Shown in pieces: positions 19,560 to 29,130 of a stretch of 64,000 nucleotides of DNA. The stretch lies in contig CAWDVR010000004.1 in the NCBI GenBank assembly GCA_963805975.1, forward strand, positions 480,001-544,000. Direction: 5' to 3'. The position numbers and the translations under genes are program-made. Positions within the stretch are counted from its first letter, which is position 1; the number at the start of each line of letters is the position of its first letter. The notes below the pieces were generated by a model. That model made no database searches. It saw nothing but the letters and a program-made list of their open reading frames with translations, and was not told the DNA's origin. The DNA is from an uncultured Acidobacteriota bacterium. GTDB lineage: Bacteria > Acidobacteriota > Thermoanaerobaculia > Multivoradales > SZUA-115.

Positions 19560-22500
19560 TGGGGGAGCGCAAGCGTCCCGGCCGGCTCCGGCGGTGGGTG
19601 GTGCGGCCGATGGTCTGGGGCGCAGCCGGTCTGCTGCTCCTCCTGGCCTTCGCGGCCTGGTACGTCAATACCGCCGCCATGGCCGAGCGCCTGCGCGTCT
19701 TCGTGGTGGCCCGCGCCAGCGAGGCCCTGGGGCGCCCGGTCGAGATCGGCCAGGTGTCGGTCGACCTCTGGCCGCCGGGGATCGAGGCCCGGAACGTGGT
19801 GCTGCCGGGGCCTTTCCCCGGCGACCGCCCGGTGGCCGAGGTTCCGGCCCTGCGGCTCGACGCCTCGCTCACCGGCTTCAGGGAGCCGGTCCTCCGCCTG
19901 CGGCGGCTGTGGCTCGACCGGCCGCGTTTCTACCTCGAGGTCGCCGCCGACGGCTCGCTCAACCTGCCGCTGCCAGAGAGCTCGGGCCAGGGGGGCGGCA
20001 ACCTCCAGGTGGTGATCGGCGACCTGATCGTCGAGGACGGCCGCTTCGACCTGAACGAGGTCTCGGTGCCCGTCTCGCTCACCGCCCGGGGCGTCCTGGC
20101 CTCGGTCCACGGCACGCGGAGCGGCCGGGAGGAAGGCCCCGGCACGGACGGCATCGAAGGCCGGGTGGAGGTCGCGGAGGTGGCCCTGACCCTGCCCAAG
20201 GGCCGGGCCTACCCCCTCACCTTCGAGGCGTTCCTCGACATCGACCCCGGCGTGGTCGCGTTCCGCGACGCGCGGCTCTCGGGGCCCAACCTCGAGGCCA
20301 CGAGCGCGGGTGCCTACACCTTCAGGAGCGGCGAGAAGCTGCTCACGGTCGAGGTCCAGGCGCGAGGCGACGCGGCCGTGCTCACCGACCTGGGATACCT
20401 CGCACCGGGCGAGCTCACGGGGCCGTTCGACTTCACCGGCGCCCTCGACTGGAACGCCGGCGAGTGGCTGCTGGCGGGCAATCTCGGCTCCGAGCGGCTG
20501 GTGGCACCGCCGCGCGAGATCCTGGGAGTGGCGGCCGGCGTGCGCGGCACCAAGGACTCGATCGAGCTCGATCTGCTCTCCGCGAGCTACGCCGGCGGGC
20601 GGCTCTCGGGGCCGATCTCGATCGGGCTCTCCGGCGGCTCGACCTCCGCCAGCTCGACTCCTGTCGGGCTGGCGCTCGAGGCCCGCGGCCTCTCCGCGGG
20701 CCGGATCTTCGCCGACCTGGGCCTCGACCTCCCCATGCTGGCGAGCGACGTCTCCGGCCGGGTGACCTACCGTTTCGAGGCCGAGGAGCCGCTCGAGGGC
20801 TCGGGCTCCGCCGACCTCCTGGTCTCCGCGGCCGGCGGCGACAGCCCTACGACCCTGCCGCTCTCCGGTCCGGCGCACCTTGAGGTCAGCTCGGGGAACC
20901 TCTCCGGCACAGGTATCCGGCTCTCGGCGCCGGGGCAGGAGGTCACGATCTCGGACCTGGCAGTCGATCTCTCGACCGGCGACGGCGGCTTCGCGTTCGA
21001 CGTCACGTCGCTCGACATCGGGCGCCTGGGGCCGCTCCTCCCGGTGTCGAAGCCCGGCGAGCCGCCGGAGCTCTGGCTGCCCACCGCCGGCAACGGCCGG
21101 CTGTTCGGTGACCTTTCCTTCGGCAAGGCCGGGGGCGTCGCGGCCACGATCCAGCTCGATCTCGATCGGCTGGTGGCTCCCGGCGGGCGGGCCGACCACC
21201 TGAACGGCACGATCCAGCTCACCGAGCGGGCGGTCGAGAACCTCGATTTGGTTCTCTCGCGTGGCGCGGCCGGGACTCTCGTCCGTGGCGCGGCGAGCCT
21301 CACCCTCCAAGGCCGGGTGCCCTTCGAGGAGCCGGACGATCCTTTGGCCCTGGCCATCGAGGCCCGCGGCTGGCCGCTCGAGGAGGTGAAGCCCTTCGTG
21401 CCGGTGGACCTGCCGCTCTCCGGCCCGGTCACCGGCACCCTGTCGCTCACCGGCACCGCCGACGCCCTGAGCGGCGAGATCACCGCCAGCCTGCAGCCGG
21501 CCGAGGTGGCCGGCTTCGCGGCCGACGAGCTGGCGGTCGAGATGCGGTTCGGGCCCGAGGTCGTGGACTTCGAGGCGGCGCGCCTGACGTTTCCCGCCGG
21601 CGTCGTCCGGGGCGCGGGCCGCATCGGTCTCGGCCCTGGCCAGCCGATGGACATCACCCTCGAGTCGCCGGCCCTGGCGCTCGACCAGGAGCCGTTCTTC
21701 AGCCTGCTCGGCGGCCGCCTCTCGGGCACCGGGGTGCTCGCGGGGCGCTTCGAGGGCACGCTCGACGAGCCCAGGGCCGCGCTCACCTTTGAGGTGCCGC
21801 AGCTCGACGCGGAAGCCCATGCCTTCGGTACCGCGGCGGTGGATGCACGCTGGGAGAACGGGCGGCTCACGGCCAGCGCCCACCTGGCGGATCTCCTCAC
21901 CGTCGAGGGCGGTGGCGTGCTCGACGCCGAGCGGGCGGACATGAAGTTCGCGGTCCGCGCGGGGGACCTCTCGACCCTGCTCCTCGCCTTCGCCGGCCAG
22001 CCGCTGCCGGGCCTCGAGGGACGGTTCGCCGGCGAGGTCACGGTGGCGGGCAGCCTGTCCAACCCGGACGTCCGCGTCGTGCTCCCCGAGGTCCAGGCCA
22101 CCGTGTCCGGCCTGGCGCTCAGCAACCTCGAGCCCGTCGAGGCCCGCATCACCAGCCGGGAGATCGAGATCCGGTCCTTCTACCTCGGCAATCGCGAGGC
22201 GGGTACCTCGACCGAGGGCTCGGAGGTCTTCGTGGGCGGGACGATCGGGCTGGGAGACGAGGGCGAGGCCGCCGGCGCTCTCGACCTCAACGTCCAGGGC
22301 TCGCTGCCGGCGAAATGGCTGGAGCCCTTCCTGCCCGACGTGCGGCTCGCCGGCACGCTCAACGCCCTGGGATCGATCGGCGGCACGGTCTCCGCTCCGC
22401 GCCTCGACGGGCAGGCCGACTTCGCCGACGGCCGGGTCATCGTCTCCGGCTTCCCGCACGCCCTGGACGACCTCGAGGCCGTGGTCTTCGTCTACCCCGA

Positions 22501-23575
22501 CCGGCTGGTGATCGACACCGTGACCGGCCGGCTCGCCGGTGGCACGCTCAGGGCCTCGGGTGACGTGGGCCTGGGCGCCAAGCCGTTCGAGGACTACGAG
22601 CTCCAGGCGCGGATCGACAACGTCCGCCTGCGCTACCCGGAGGGTTGGACAGTCGAGGCGGACGCCCTGCTGACTCTCGAGCCCACGCCGGGCGGCCAGA
22701 TCATCCAGGGCACGGTGAACCTCGAGCGCGCCGCCTACCTCGAGGATCTGAAGCTCTCCCTCTTCGAGCTCCTGGCGGGGTTCCTGCGGCGCCAGCGGGT
22801 GGAGGTGGCGCTCGCCGACTCGGCCCTCTCCGCCATCGAGCTCAACATCAACGTCTCCGGGCCGGGCGCGCTCGAGATCAACAACAACGTCGCCGACCTC
22901 GACGGCTCGGTGGCGCTCGACGTGCGCGGCACCCTGGCGCGACCGGTGCCGGTGGGGCAGGTGGAGCTCGACCCCGGGGGCCAGCTGGTCTACGGCGAGA
23001 ACGAGTACGAGGTGGAGCGGGGCCTGCTGACCTTCTCGAGCCTCGACCGCATCGACCCCGAGATCTACCTGGTGGCGAGCTCGCGGGTGCGCGAGTACCA
23101 GATCACGCTCAACCTGACGGGAACGCTCGAGAAGCTGAACGCCACCTTCGCCTCGGACCCGCCGCTGCCCAACCTGGACGTGATCGCGCTGCTCACCACC
23201 GGCGAACAGCTCCAGAGCGAGGCGGCGGGTGCCTCGACCGGCGTCGGACCGGGCGGCGCCGAGGCTTTTCTCTACAACCAGCTCGGTAGCGCCCTCTCCG
23301 GCCGCGTCAAGAGCCTGTTCCGTTTCGACAAGTTCCGCATCGATCCGCTCGCCGCCTCGGGAGGCTCGGTGGACTCGGCGCGGGTCCTGGTAGGCAAGCA
23401 GATCTCGCGCGACCTCTTCGTCACCTACCAGACGGGCCTGTCGAGCAACGACGAGTACCTGGTGCAGGCGGAGTGGCGAGTGGCACCCGGCCTCACCGTC
23501 GTGCTCTCCGCCCGCCAGGGCCAGCAGGCGGACGACCACTTTGCGGTGGATCTGCGATGGGAGAAGCGTTTTTGA
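19559..23575 (+). CDS. TamB/AsmA-like translocation-assembly module protein
   Basis: 1338 aa, N-terminal TM anchor, beta-taco-like repeats, TamB-like C-terminus (SDPPLP..D.IALL, VGKQISRDL); precedes an Omp85 gene. Confidence 0.85.
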   Translation: MGERKRPGRLRRWVVRPMVWGAAGLLLLLAFAAWYVNTAAMAERLRVFVVARASEALGRPVEIGQVSVDLWPPGIEARNVVLPGPFPGDRPVAEVPALRLDASLTGFREPVLRLRRLWLDRPRFYLEVAADGSLNLPLPESSGQGGGNLQVVIGDLIVEDGRFDLNEVSVPVSLTARGVLASVHGTRSGREEGPGTDGIEGRVEVAEVALTLPKGRAYPLTFEAFLDIDPGVVAFRDARLSGPNLEATSAGAYTFRSGEKLLTVEVQARGDAAVLTDLGYLAPGELTGPFDFTGALDWNAGEWLLAGNLGSERLVAPPREILGVAAGVRGTKDSIELDLLSASYAGGRLSGPISIGLSGGSTSASSTPVGLALEARGLSAGRIFADLGLDLPMLASDVSGRVTYRFEAEEPLEGSGSADLLVSAAGGDSPTTLPLSGPAHLEVSSGNLSGTGIRLSAPGQEVTISDLAVDLSTGDGGFAFDVTSLDIGRLGPLLPVSKPGEPPELWLPTAGNGRLFGDLSFGKAGGVAATIQLDLDRLVAPGGRADHLNGTIQLTERAVENLDLVLSRGAAGTLVRGAASLTLQGRVPFEEPDDPLALAIEARGWPLEEVKPFVPVDLPLSGPVTGTLSLTGTADALSGEITASLQPAEVAGFAADELAVEMRFGPEVVDFEAARLTFPAGVVRGAGRIGLGPGQPMDITLESPALALDQEPFFSLLGGRLSGTGVLAGRFEGTLDEPRAALTFEVPQLDAEAHAFGTAAVDARWENGRLTASAHLADLLTVEGGGVLDAERADMKFAVRAGDLSTLLLAFAGQPLPGLEGRFAGEVTVAGSLSNPDVRVVLPEVQATVSGLALSNLEPVEARITSREIEIRSFYLGNREAGTSTEGSEVFVGGTIGLGDEGEAAGALDLNVQGSLPAKWLEPFLPDVRLAGTLNALGSIGGTVSAPRLDGQADFADGRVIVSGFPHALDDLEAVVFVYPDRLVIDTVTGRLAGGTLRASGDVGLGAKPFEDYELQARIDNVRLRYPEGWTVEADALLTLEPTPGGQIIQGTVNLERAAYLEDLKLSLFELLAGFLRRQRVEVALADSALSAIELNINVSGPGALEINNNVADLDGSVALDVRGTLARPVPVGQVELDPGGQLVYGENEYEVERGLLTFSSLDRIDPEIYLVASSRVREYQITLNLTGTLEKLNATFASDPPLPNLDVIALLTTGEQLQSEAAGASTGVGPGGAEAFLYNQLGSALSGRVKSLFRFDKFRIDPLAASGGSVDSARVLVGKQISRDLFVTYQTGLSSNDEYLVQAEWRVAPGLTVVLSARQGQQADDHFAVDLRWEKRF

Positions 23576-26490
23576 TAGGCCGCTCGCTACGGTTTCGTGG
23601 CCTTGCTTTGTTTTTCTGCCTGTGGGCGGCGCTCTGCGCATCCCAGGGCCTCGTCGCCCAGGCACCGGCCGAGCCCGTCGGGCCGACGGTGCTCGCCGTC
23701 GAGATCGCGAGCGACGTGCCGGTGGGCGGCAGGGGCTCGGTCCGCAACCTGATCGCCATCGAGCCCGGCAAGCCGCTGACCGAGGACGCGGTGCGCCGCA
23801 CCTTGACCAATCTCTACGCCAGCGGCACGGCCGGCGAGGTGGAGGTCTGGAGCCGGCCGTCGATCGATGCCCGGGGAGGCGAGGGCGTCGTGGTGACCGT
23901 GGTCCTGTGGGGCAACGTCCTCCTCTCCGAGGTCCGGGTCGAGGGCAATCTCGCCCTGCGCCGCGGGGTGGTCGAGCCGCTGGTGGTCCGGGGTGAAGGT
24001 CAGGCGCTGGTCGAAAGCCGTATCCTGCGCGGGGTCTACGATCTGCAGGAGCTCTACGAGCGGCGTGGCTACCTCGAGGCCCAGGTGCGCGTGCGCACCG
24101 AGCCGCGGGAGCCGGTCTCGGGCTCGGCGGCGGTGATCTACACCATCGACGCCGGCCCGCGCGCCACCGTCGGCGAGGTGGTGCTGGAGGGCGACCTCGG
24201 GCCGTTCACGCCCTTCGAGCTCATCGCGGCCCTCGACCTCTCGACCGGCGACATCTACAGCGGCCGCCGGAACGAGCAGGCCACCGAGCGCCTGCGCCGC
24301 TTCCTGGCCGAACGCGACTACCTCTCGGCCCGGGTCGACGAGCCGGTCGCGACCTACGACCGCGACACGGATCGCATGCGCCTCGAGGTCTTTCTCGACG
24401 TGGGCCCGAAGGTGCTGATCGAGGTCACCGGCGCCTCGCTCGAGAAGCTGCAGAAGAAGGATCTGCTGCCGCTGCTCGAGCCCGGCGGCTACGACGAAGG
24501 TCTGGTCTACCAGTCCGCCGACCGCATCCGGCGTTGGTATCAGCAGCGCGGCTACTACAAAGCCACGGTCGAGCCCGGGGTCGAGACCGTGGAAACGCCG
24601 GGAGAGAGCGCCGCCGGCGGGGAAGCCGCGGCAGGAGAGGCCGCGGCAGGGGTGGAAGAGGACACGGTGCGGCTCGCCTTCGTGGTCAACCAGGGCGAGA
24701 AGTTCACCCTGAAGGAGCTGCGCTTCGAAGGCAACGAGCGCTTCTCGGACGAGGAGCTGGCCAAGCTGATGACCACCTCGCCACGGAGCCTCTTCGCCCT
24801 GGGCAGCGGCCGGCTGGTGGACGAGGAGCTGGAAGCCGACGTCGAGAACCTGCGGGCCTACTACGCGCTCCAGGGCTTCGCCGACGTCGAGATCGAGCAG
24901 CCGGTGATCGGCGAGCAGGACGGCGAGCTGAGGGTCGTGATCCGTATCCGCGAGGGCGTCGACCGCCGGGTGGCGGGGCTCGCTTTCGAGGGCACGACCT
25001 ACTACACGCCCAAGGAGCTGGCGAGCGACCTCGAGAAGCTCGGTCTGCTCGAGGCCGGGGGCGCTTTCCACCGCCTGCTGCTCGAAGACAGCCTGACGCG
25101 GGTCCGTACCCGCTATCGTGAAGCCGGCTTCTCCGCCGTGCAGGTCTCGGCCGACACGCGCTGGAACGCCGACGAGACGCGGGTCGAGATCACTTTCCGG
25201 GTGCTCGAAGGGCCGCTCACCCTGGTGGACCGGGTGATCGTGCGCGGCAATACCAAGACGCTCGACCGCGTGGTGGAGCGCGCGATGAGCCTCGAGCCCG
25301 GCGACGCCGTGTCCGAGGCCCGCCTGCTCGAGGCCCAGCGCGACCTCTACCGGATGGGGATCTTCTCGCGCGCCGAGGTCAGCCTGGTGCCGGCCGACCC
25401 CGGTTCGACCACCCGCGACGTGCTGGCGCGGGTGGAGGAGGGCAAGACGCGCCGCGTGGTCTACGGCGTGGGCTACGACACCGAGGATGGCGCCCGCGGC
25501 CTGGTCGGCTTCTCGAACTCGAACCTCATGGGCCGCGGCTACGCCCTGGGAACGGACCTCCGCGTCGCGACCCGCGACTTCCAGGACGATCTCACCGGCC
25601 GCGCGCGCATCACCTTCGACCAGCCCCACGTCGGCCGGCTGGACGTGCCGGTCACCTACACGCTGTTCTACTTCGACGAGACCCGGCCCTCTTTCGACGT
25701 GAAGCGCTACGGCGGCCGCGTCGAGGTGTCGAAGGAGCTCACCGCGCGCGACCGCCTGAGCCTCTCCTACGACTACCGCATCGTCGAGCCCAACCTCGAC
25801 ATCGCCGTGCTGCGCGAGGAGCGGCGGGTCAGCGTCTCGAGCCTGATCCCCAACCTCTTCGTCGACCACCGCGACGATCCGGTGGACCCGACGCGCGGCC
25901 ACTCGCTCCTCGCGCAGTTGCAGTACGCCTTCCCGCTGGCCCTCTTCGGCACCGAGGAAGAGTTCCTGAAGCTCTTCACCCAGAGCACCTACATCCTGCC
26001 CCTCGGGCGGGCCGGCGTGCTGGCCGCGAGCCTGCGCCTGGGCGGCATCGAACCGTTCCGGGATCTCGATCCCGGCCTGCCCTCCGCCCGGGTCTCGATC
26101 TCGGAGCGCTTCTTCTCCGGCGGCGTCACCAGCCACCGCGCCTTCGACCTCGACGAGGTGGGCATCGTCGACGAGACCCTGCTGCGAGTCCCGAACAGCG
26201 GCGGCGGCTTCACCTTCACGCCGGTGGGCGGCAACGGTCTCGCCCTCCTCAATCTCGACTGGCGGTTCCCGATCGCCGGCGCCATCGGCGGCGTGGTGTT
26301 CGCGGACGCCGGCAACGTGTGGGTCGACTGGCGCGACATCGACCCTGCCGAGGCGCGGCTCGGGGCCGGCGTCGGGGTGCGCTACCGCTCGCCCATCGGC
26401 CCCATCCAGGCGGGCATCGCCTTCAAGCTCGACCGCCTGGAGTTCGAGGATCCCTGGGAAATCGTCATCTCGGTCGGCAACCCGTTCTAA
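23572..26490 (+). CDS. Omp85-family (BamA/TamA) outer-membrane protein with multiple POTRA domains
   Basis: POTRA repeats ([19 protein letters not shown]), barrel motifs [25 protein letters not shown]-terminal Phe; start uncertain (TTG at 23572 overlaps the tamB stop). Confidence 0.88.
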   Translation: MIGRSLRFRGLALFFCLWAALCASQGLVAQAPAEPVGPTVLAVEIASDVPVGGRGSVRNLIAIEPGKPLTEDAVRRTLTNLYASGTAGEVEVWSRPSIDARGGEGVVVTVVLWGNVLLSEVRVEGNLALRRGVVEPLVVRGEGQALVESRILRGVYDLQELYERRGYLEAQVRVRTEPREPVSGSAAVIYTIDAGPRATVGEVVLEGDLGPFTPFELIAALDLSTGDIYSGRRNEQATERLRRFLAERDYLSARVDEPVATYDRDTDRMRLEVFLDVGPKVLIEVTGASLEKLQKKDLLPLLEPGGYDEGLVYQSADRIRRWYQQRGYYKATVEPGVETVETPGESAAGGEAAAGEAAAGVEEDTVRLAFVVNQGEKFTLKELRFEGNERFSDEELAKLMTTSPRSLFALGSGRLVDEELEADVENLRAYYALQGFADVEIEQPVIGEQDGELRVVIRIREGVDRRVAGLAFEGTTYYTPKELASDLEKLGLLEAGGAFHRLLLEDSLTRVRTRYREAGFSAVQVSADTRWNADETRVEITFRVLEGPLTLVDRVIVRGNTKTLDRVVERAMSLEPGDAVSEARLLEAQRDLYRMGIFSRAEVSLVPADPGSTTRDVLARVEEGKTRRVVYGVGYDTEDGARGLVGFSNSNLMGRGYALGTDLRVATRDFQDDLTGRARITFDQPHVGRLDVPVTYTLFYFDETRPSFDVKRYGGRVEVSKELTARDRLSLSYDYRIVEPNLDIAVLREERRVSVSSLIPNLFVDHRDDPVDPTRGHSLLAQLQYAFPLALFGTEEEFLKLFTQSTYILPLGRAGVLAASLRLGGIEPFRDLDPGLPSARVSISERFFSGGVTSHRAFDLDEVGIVDETLLRVPNSGGGFTFTPVGGNGLALLNLDWRFPIAGAIGGVVFADAGNVWVDWRDIDPAEARLGAGVGVRYRSPIGPIQAGIAFKLDRLEFEDPWEIVISVGNPF

Positions 26491-26499
26491 GATCGGGGC

Positions 26500-27720
26500 A
26501 TGAGCCCCACCCCCCCACGCGAGCTGGCCGCCGTCGAGGAAGCGATCGAGCGCTTCCGGGCCGGCCGCATGGTCATCCTGGTCGACGACGAAGACCGCGA
26601 AAACGAGGGCGACCTCGCCATCGCGGCCGAGAAGGTGACTCCCGAAGCGATCAACTTCATGGCCCGGCACGGCCGCGGGCTGATCTGCCTGTCGCTCACG
26701 CCCGAGCGCTGCGACGAGCTCAAGCTGCCGCCGATGGTGGGCGAGAACACCTCCGCCTTCGGCACCGCCTTCACGGTCTCGATCGAGGCCCGCGGGCGGA
26801 CCACCACCGGCATCTCCGCCGCCGACCGCGCCGCCACCATCCTCGCCGCCGTCCACCCGGCGACCCGCGCCGAGGACCTGCTGCGCCCCGGCCACATCTT
26901 CCCGCTGCGCTCCAAGGCCGGCGGCGTGCTGGTCCGGGGCGGCCAGACCGAGGCCTCGGTGGACCTGGCGCGGCTCGCCGGCCTGAACCCGTCGGCGGTG
27001 ATCTGCGAGGTGATGAAGGACGACGGCACCATGGCGCGTCTGCCGGATCTCCTCGCCTTCGGCCGCGAGCACGACCTGCCGCTGGTCTCGGTCTCGGACC
27101 TGATGGCCCATCGGTTGCGCACCGAGACCGTGATCACCCGGCTCGCCTCGCCGACTCTGCCCACCCGCTGGGGCACCTTCCGGCTCGACGCCTACCGCGC
27201 TCTCTACACCGGCGAGGAGCACCTGGCGCTGGTCGCGGGCGAGGTGGACCGCGGCGGCCCGGTGCTCACCCGCATCCACAGCCAGTGCCTGACCGGCGAC
27301 CTCTTCGGCTCCGGCCGCTGCGACTGCGGCGGCCAGCTCGAGCAGGCGCTCGCAGCGATCGGCCGCGAGGGTCGCGGCATCCTGATCTACCTGCTCCAGG
27401 AAGGCCGCGGCATCGGGCTGATCAACAAGCTGCGCGCCTACGAGCTGCAGGAGGCGGGGCACGACACGGTCGAGGCCAACGAGAAGCTAGGCTTCCGGGC
27501 CGATCTCAGGGACTATGCGCACGCGGCCCAGATCCTCCGCTACCTCGGGGTCGGGAGCGTGCGGCTGATGACCAACAACCCGGCCAAGAGCGAGGCGCTG
27601 GTGCGCTACGGTATCGAGGTCGTGGACCGCCTGCCCCTCGAGGTGCCGCCCACCGAAGCGAGCCGCGACTACCTGCGCGCCAAGCGCGACAAGCTGGGTC
27701 ACCTGCTGCAGATGGTCTAG
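26500..27720 (+). CDS. ribBA: Bifunctional DHBP synthase / GTP cyclohydrolase II
   Basis: [55 protein letters not shown]. Confidence 0.96.
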   Translation: MSPTPPRELAAVEEAIERFRAGRMVILVDDEDRENEGDLAIAAEKVTPEAINFMARHGRGLICLSLTPERCDELKLPPMVGENTSAFGTAFTVSIEARGRTTTGISAADRAATILAAVHPATRAEDLLRPGHIFPLRSKAGGVLVRGGQTEASVDLARLAGLNPSAVICEVMKDDGTMARLPDLLAFGREHDLPLVSVSDLMAHRLRTETVITRLASPTLPTRWGTFRLDAYRALYTGEEHLALVAGEVDRGGPVLTRIHSQCLTGDLFGSGRCDCGGQLEQALAAIGREGRGILIYLLQEGRGIGLINKLRAYELQEAGHDTVEANEKLGFRADLRDYAHAAQILRYLGVGSVRLMTNNPAKSEALVRYGIEVVDRLPLEVPPTEASRDYLRAKRDKLGHLLQMV

Positions 27721-27723
27721 ATC

Positions 27724-28914
27724 CTGAAAATCCTCCTCGCCACCTCGCGTTGGCCCTGGCCCCCGCGGCGCGGGGACCAGCTCCGGGCCGCGCAGTGGAT
27801 CGAGCTCCTCGGGCCTGGGCACGAGCTGACGGTGCTGGTGCCGGTGCCGTCAGCGGGGGAGGCGCCGCCGCCCCCTGGCCTTCCCTGCCGGGTCCTCACC
27901 TACCAAGGACCCGGCCCGCTGGGGCGAGCCGCCGGAGTGCTGCGCGCCGGCGTGTCCGGCCGGCCGCTCCAGAACGGTCTCTTCGGCAGCGCGGATCTCG
28001 CCGCCCGGCTCGCCGAGCTCGCGCCACGGGTGGACGTCGTCACGCTCCAGCTCGTGCGTCTCGCGGGCTTCCTTCCGGCGCTGGGGGACGTGCCCCTGAT
28101 CGTCGACTTCATCGACAGCCTGGCATTGAACCTCGAGACCCGGGCCGCACGCGACCGGCCCTGGCTGGCGCCGCTGCTGCGCCTCGAGGCGGCGCGGCTG
28201 GCGCGTGCGGAAGAGCGGATGCTCGGCCGGGCCGGCCGCGGGATCGTGGTCTGCCGCCGCGACCGGGACGCCATGGGCGGCCGCCTCCCCCCCGCCCTGG
28301 CCGCGCGGCTGGAGGTGGTGCCGCTGGCGTTCGAGAGCGGCCCGTCCTCGTTCTGGCCCCCGGCGCCCCGTCCCACACCTGCCCGCTCCAGCGTGGTTTT
28401 TACCGGAAATCTCGGCTATTTCCCCAACCTCGATGCCGCCTTCTGGTTGATCGAGGAGCTGTGGCCGCGCTTGCGGAAGGCGCGGCCCGAGGTGTCGCTC
28501 TCGATCGCCGGCGACCGGCCGCCGGCTCGCCTGCTCCACGCTGCGCGCCGGGCGGGAGTCGAGATCGAGGTGTCTCCGGCTGATCTCGGACCGGTGCTCG
28601 CCGGGGCGACGCTGGCCCTGGCGCCTCTCGCTTGCGGGTCCGGCCAGCCGCTCAAGATCCTGGAAGCCTGGCGGCTCGGCGTGCCGGTGGTGGCGAGCTC
28701 CTGGGCCGCCGCCGGCACCACCGCGGAGCCGGGACGGGATCTTCTGATCGCGGACGGGCCCGACGCGTGGGTGGAGGCGATCTCCCGGCTCCTCGGTAGC
28801 GTGGGAGAGCGGGCGCGCCTGGCGGAGTCCGCGTACGCCAGGCTGGTGCGGGACTATGCCCCCCAAGAGGTCGCCACGAGCCTCGAAGCCAGCCTCCGCG
28901 GCGCCTTCAACTAA
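27724..28914 (+). CDS. GT4 glycosyltransferase (TIGR03087-like)
   Basis: (M)KILLATSRWPWPPRRGDQLR, FTGNLGYFPN.DA, GSGQPLKILEA; probable CTG start. Confidence 0.8.
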   Translation: MKILLATSRWPWPPRRGDQLRAAQWIELLGPGHELTVLVPVPSAGEAPPPPGLPCRVLTYQGPGPLGRAAGVLRAGVSGRPLQNGLFGSADLAARLAELAPRVDVVTLQLVRLAGFLPALGDVPLIVDFIDSLALNLETRAARDRPWLAPLLRLEAARLARAEERMLGRAGRGIVVCRRDRDAMGGRLPPALAARLEVVPLAFESGPSSFWPPAPRPTPARSSVVFTGNLGYFPNLDAAFWLIEELWPRLRKARPEVSLSIAGDRPPARLLHAARRAGVEIEVSPADLGPVLAGATLALAPLACGSGQPLKILEAWRLGVPVVASSWAAAGTTAEPGRDLLIADGPDAWVEAISRLLGSVGERARLAESAYARLVRDYAPQEVATSLEASLRGAFN

Positions 28915-29004
28915 TCCATTCAACTACTCGAAAACATTCAAATTGTAAATCGCTAGACTGCATGTCAGCGGATTTCTTGACTCTCTTCTTCGTTGTCTAC
29001 ATTC

Positions 29005-29036
29005 CTGACGCTTGGCTGACGCCGGGTCTGCATGAT
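29005..29036 (+). promoter_or_regulatory. SARP/OmpR-type promoter: CTGACGC-N4-CTGACGC-N8-CATGAT
   Basis: Two identical heptamers with 11-bp periodicity, ending 8 nt before a -10-like hexamer, in the AT-richer region upstream of the giant gene. Confidence 0.55.
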
Positions 29037-29130
29037 GCGACCCAACATCGCTGTCAGAGCACCTGATCGCGAGTCGCTCTCGACCCACGCAATGGGCTTC
29101 GGTACTGGCTTCGCACTGAGGAGGGTTTCG

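Noticed and set aside
19394-27462. 1423-aa and 1291-aa minus-strand ORFs
   Set aside because: Shadows of tamB, the Omp85 gene and ribBA; composition typical of antisense frames.
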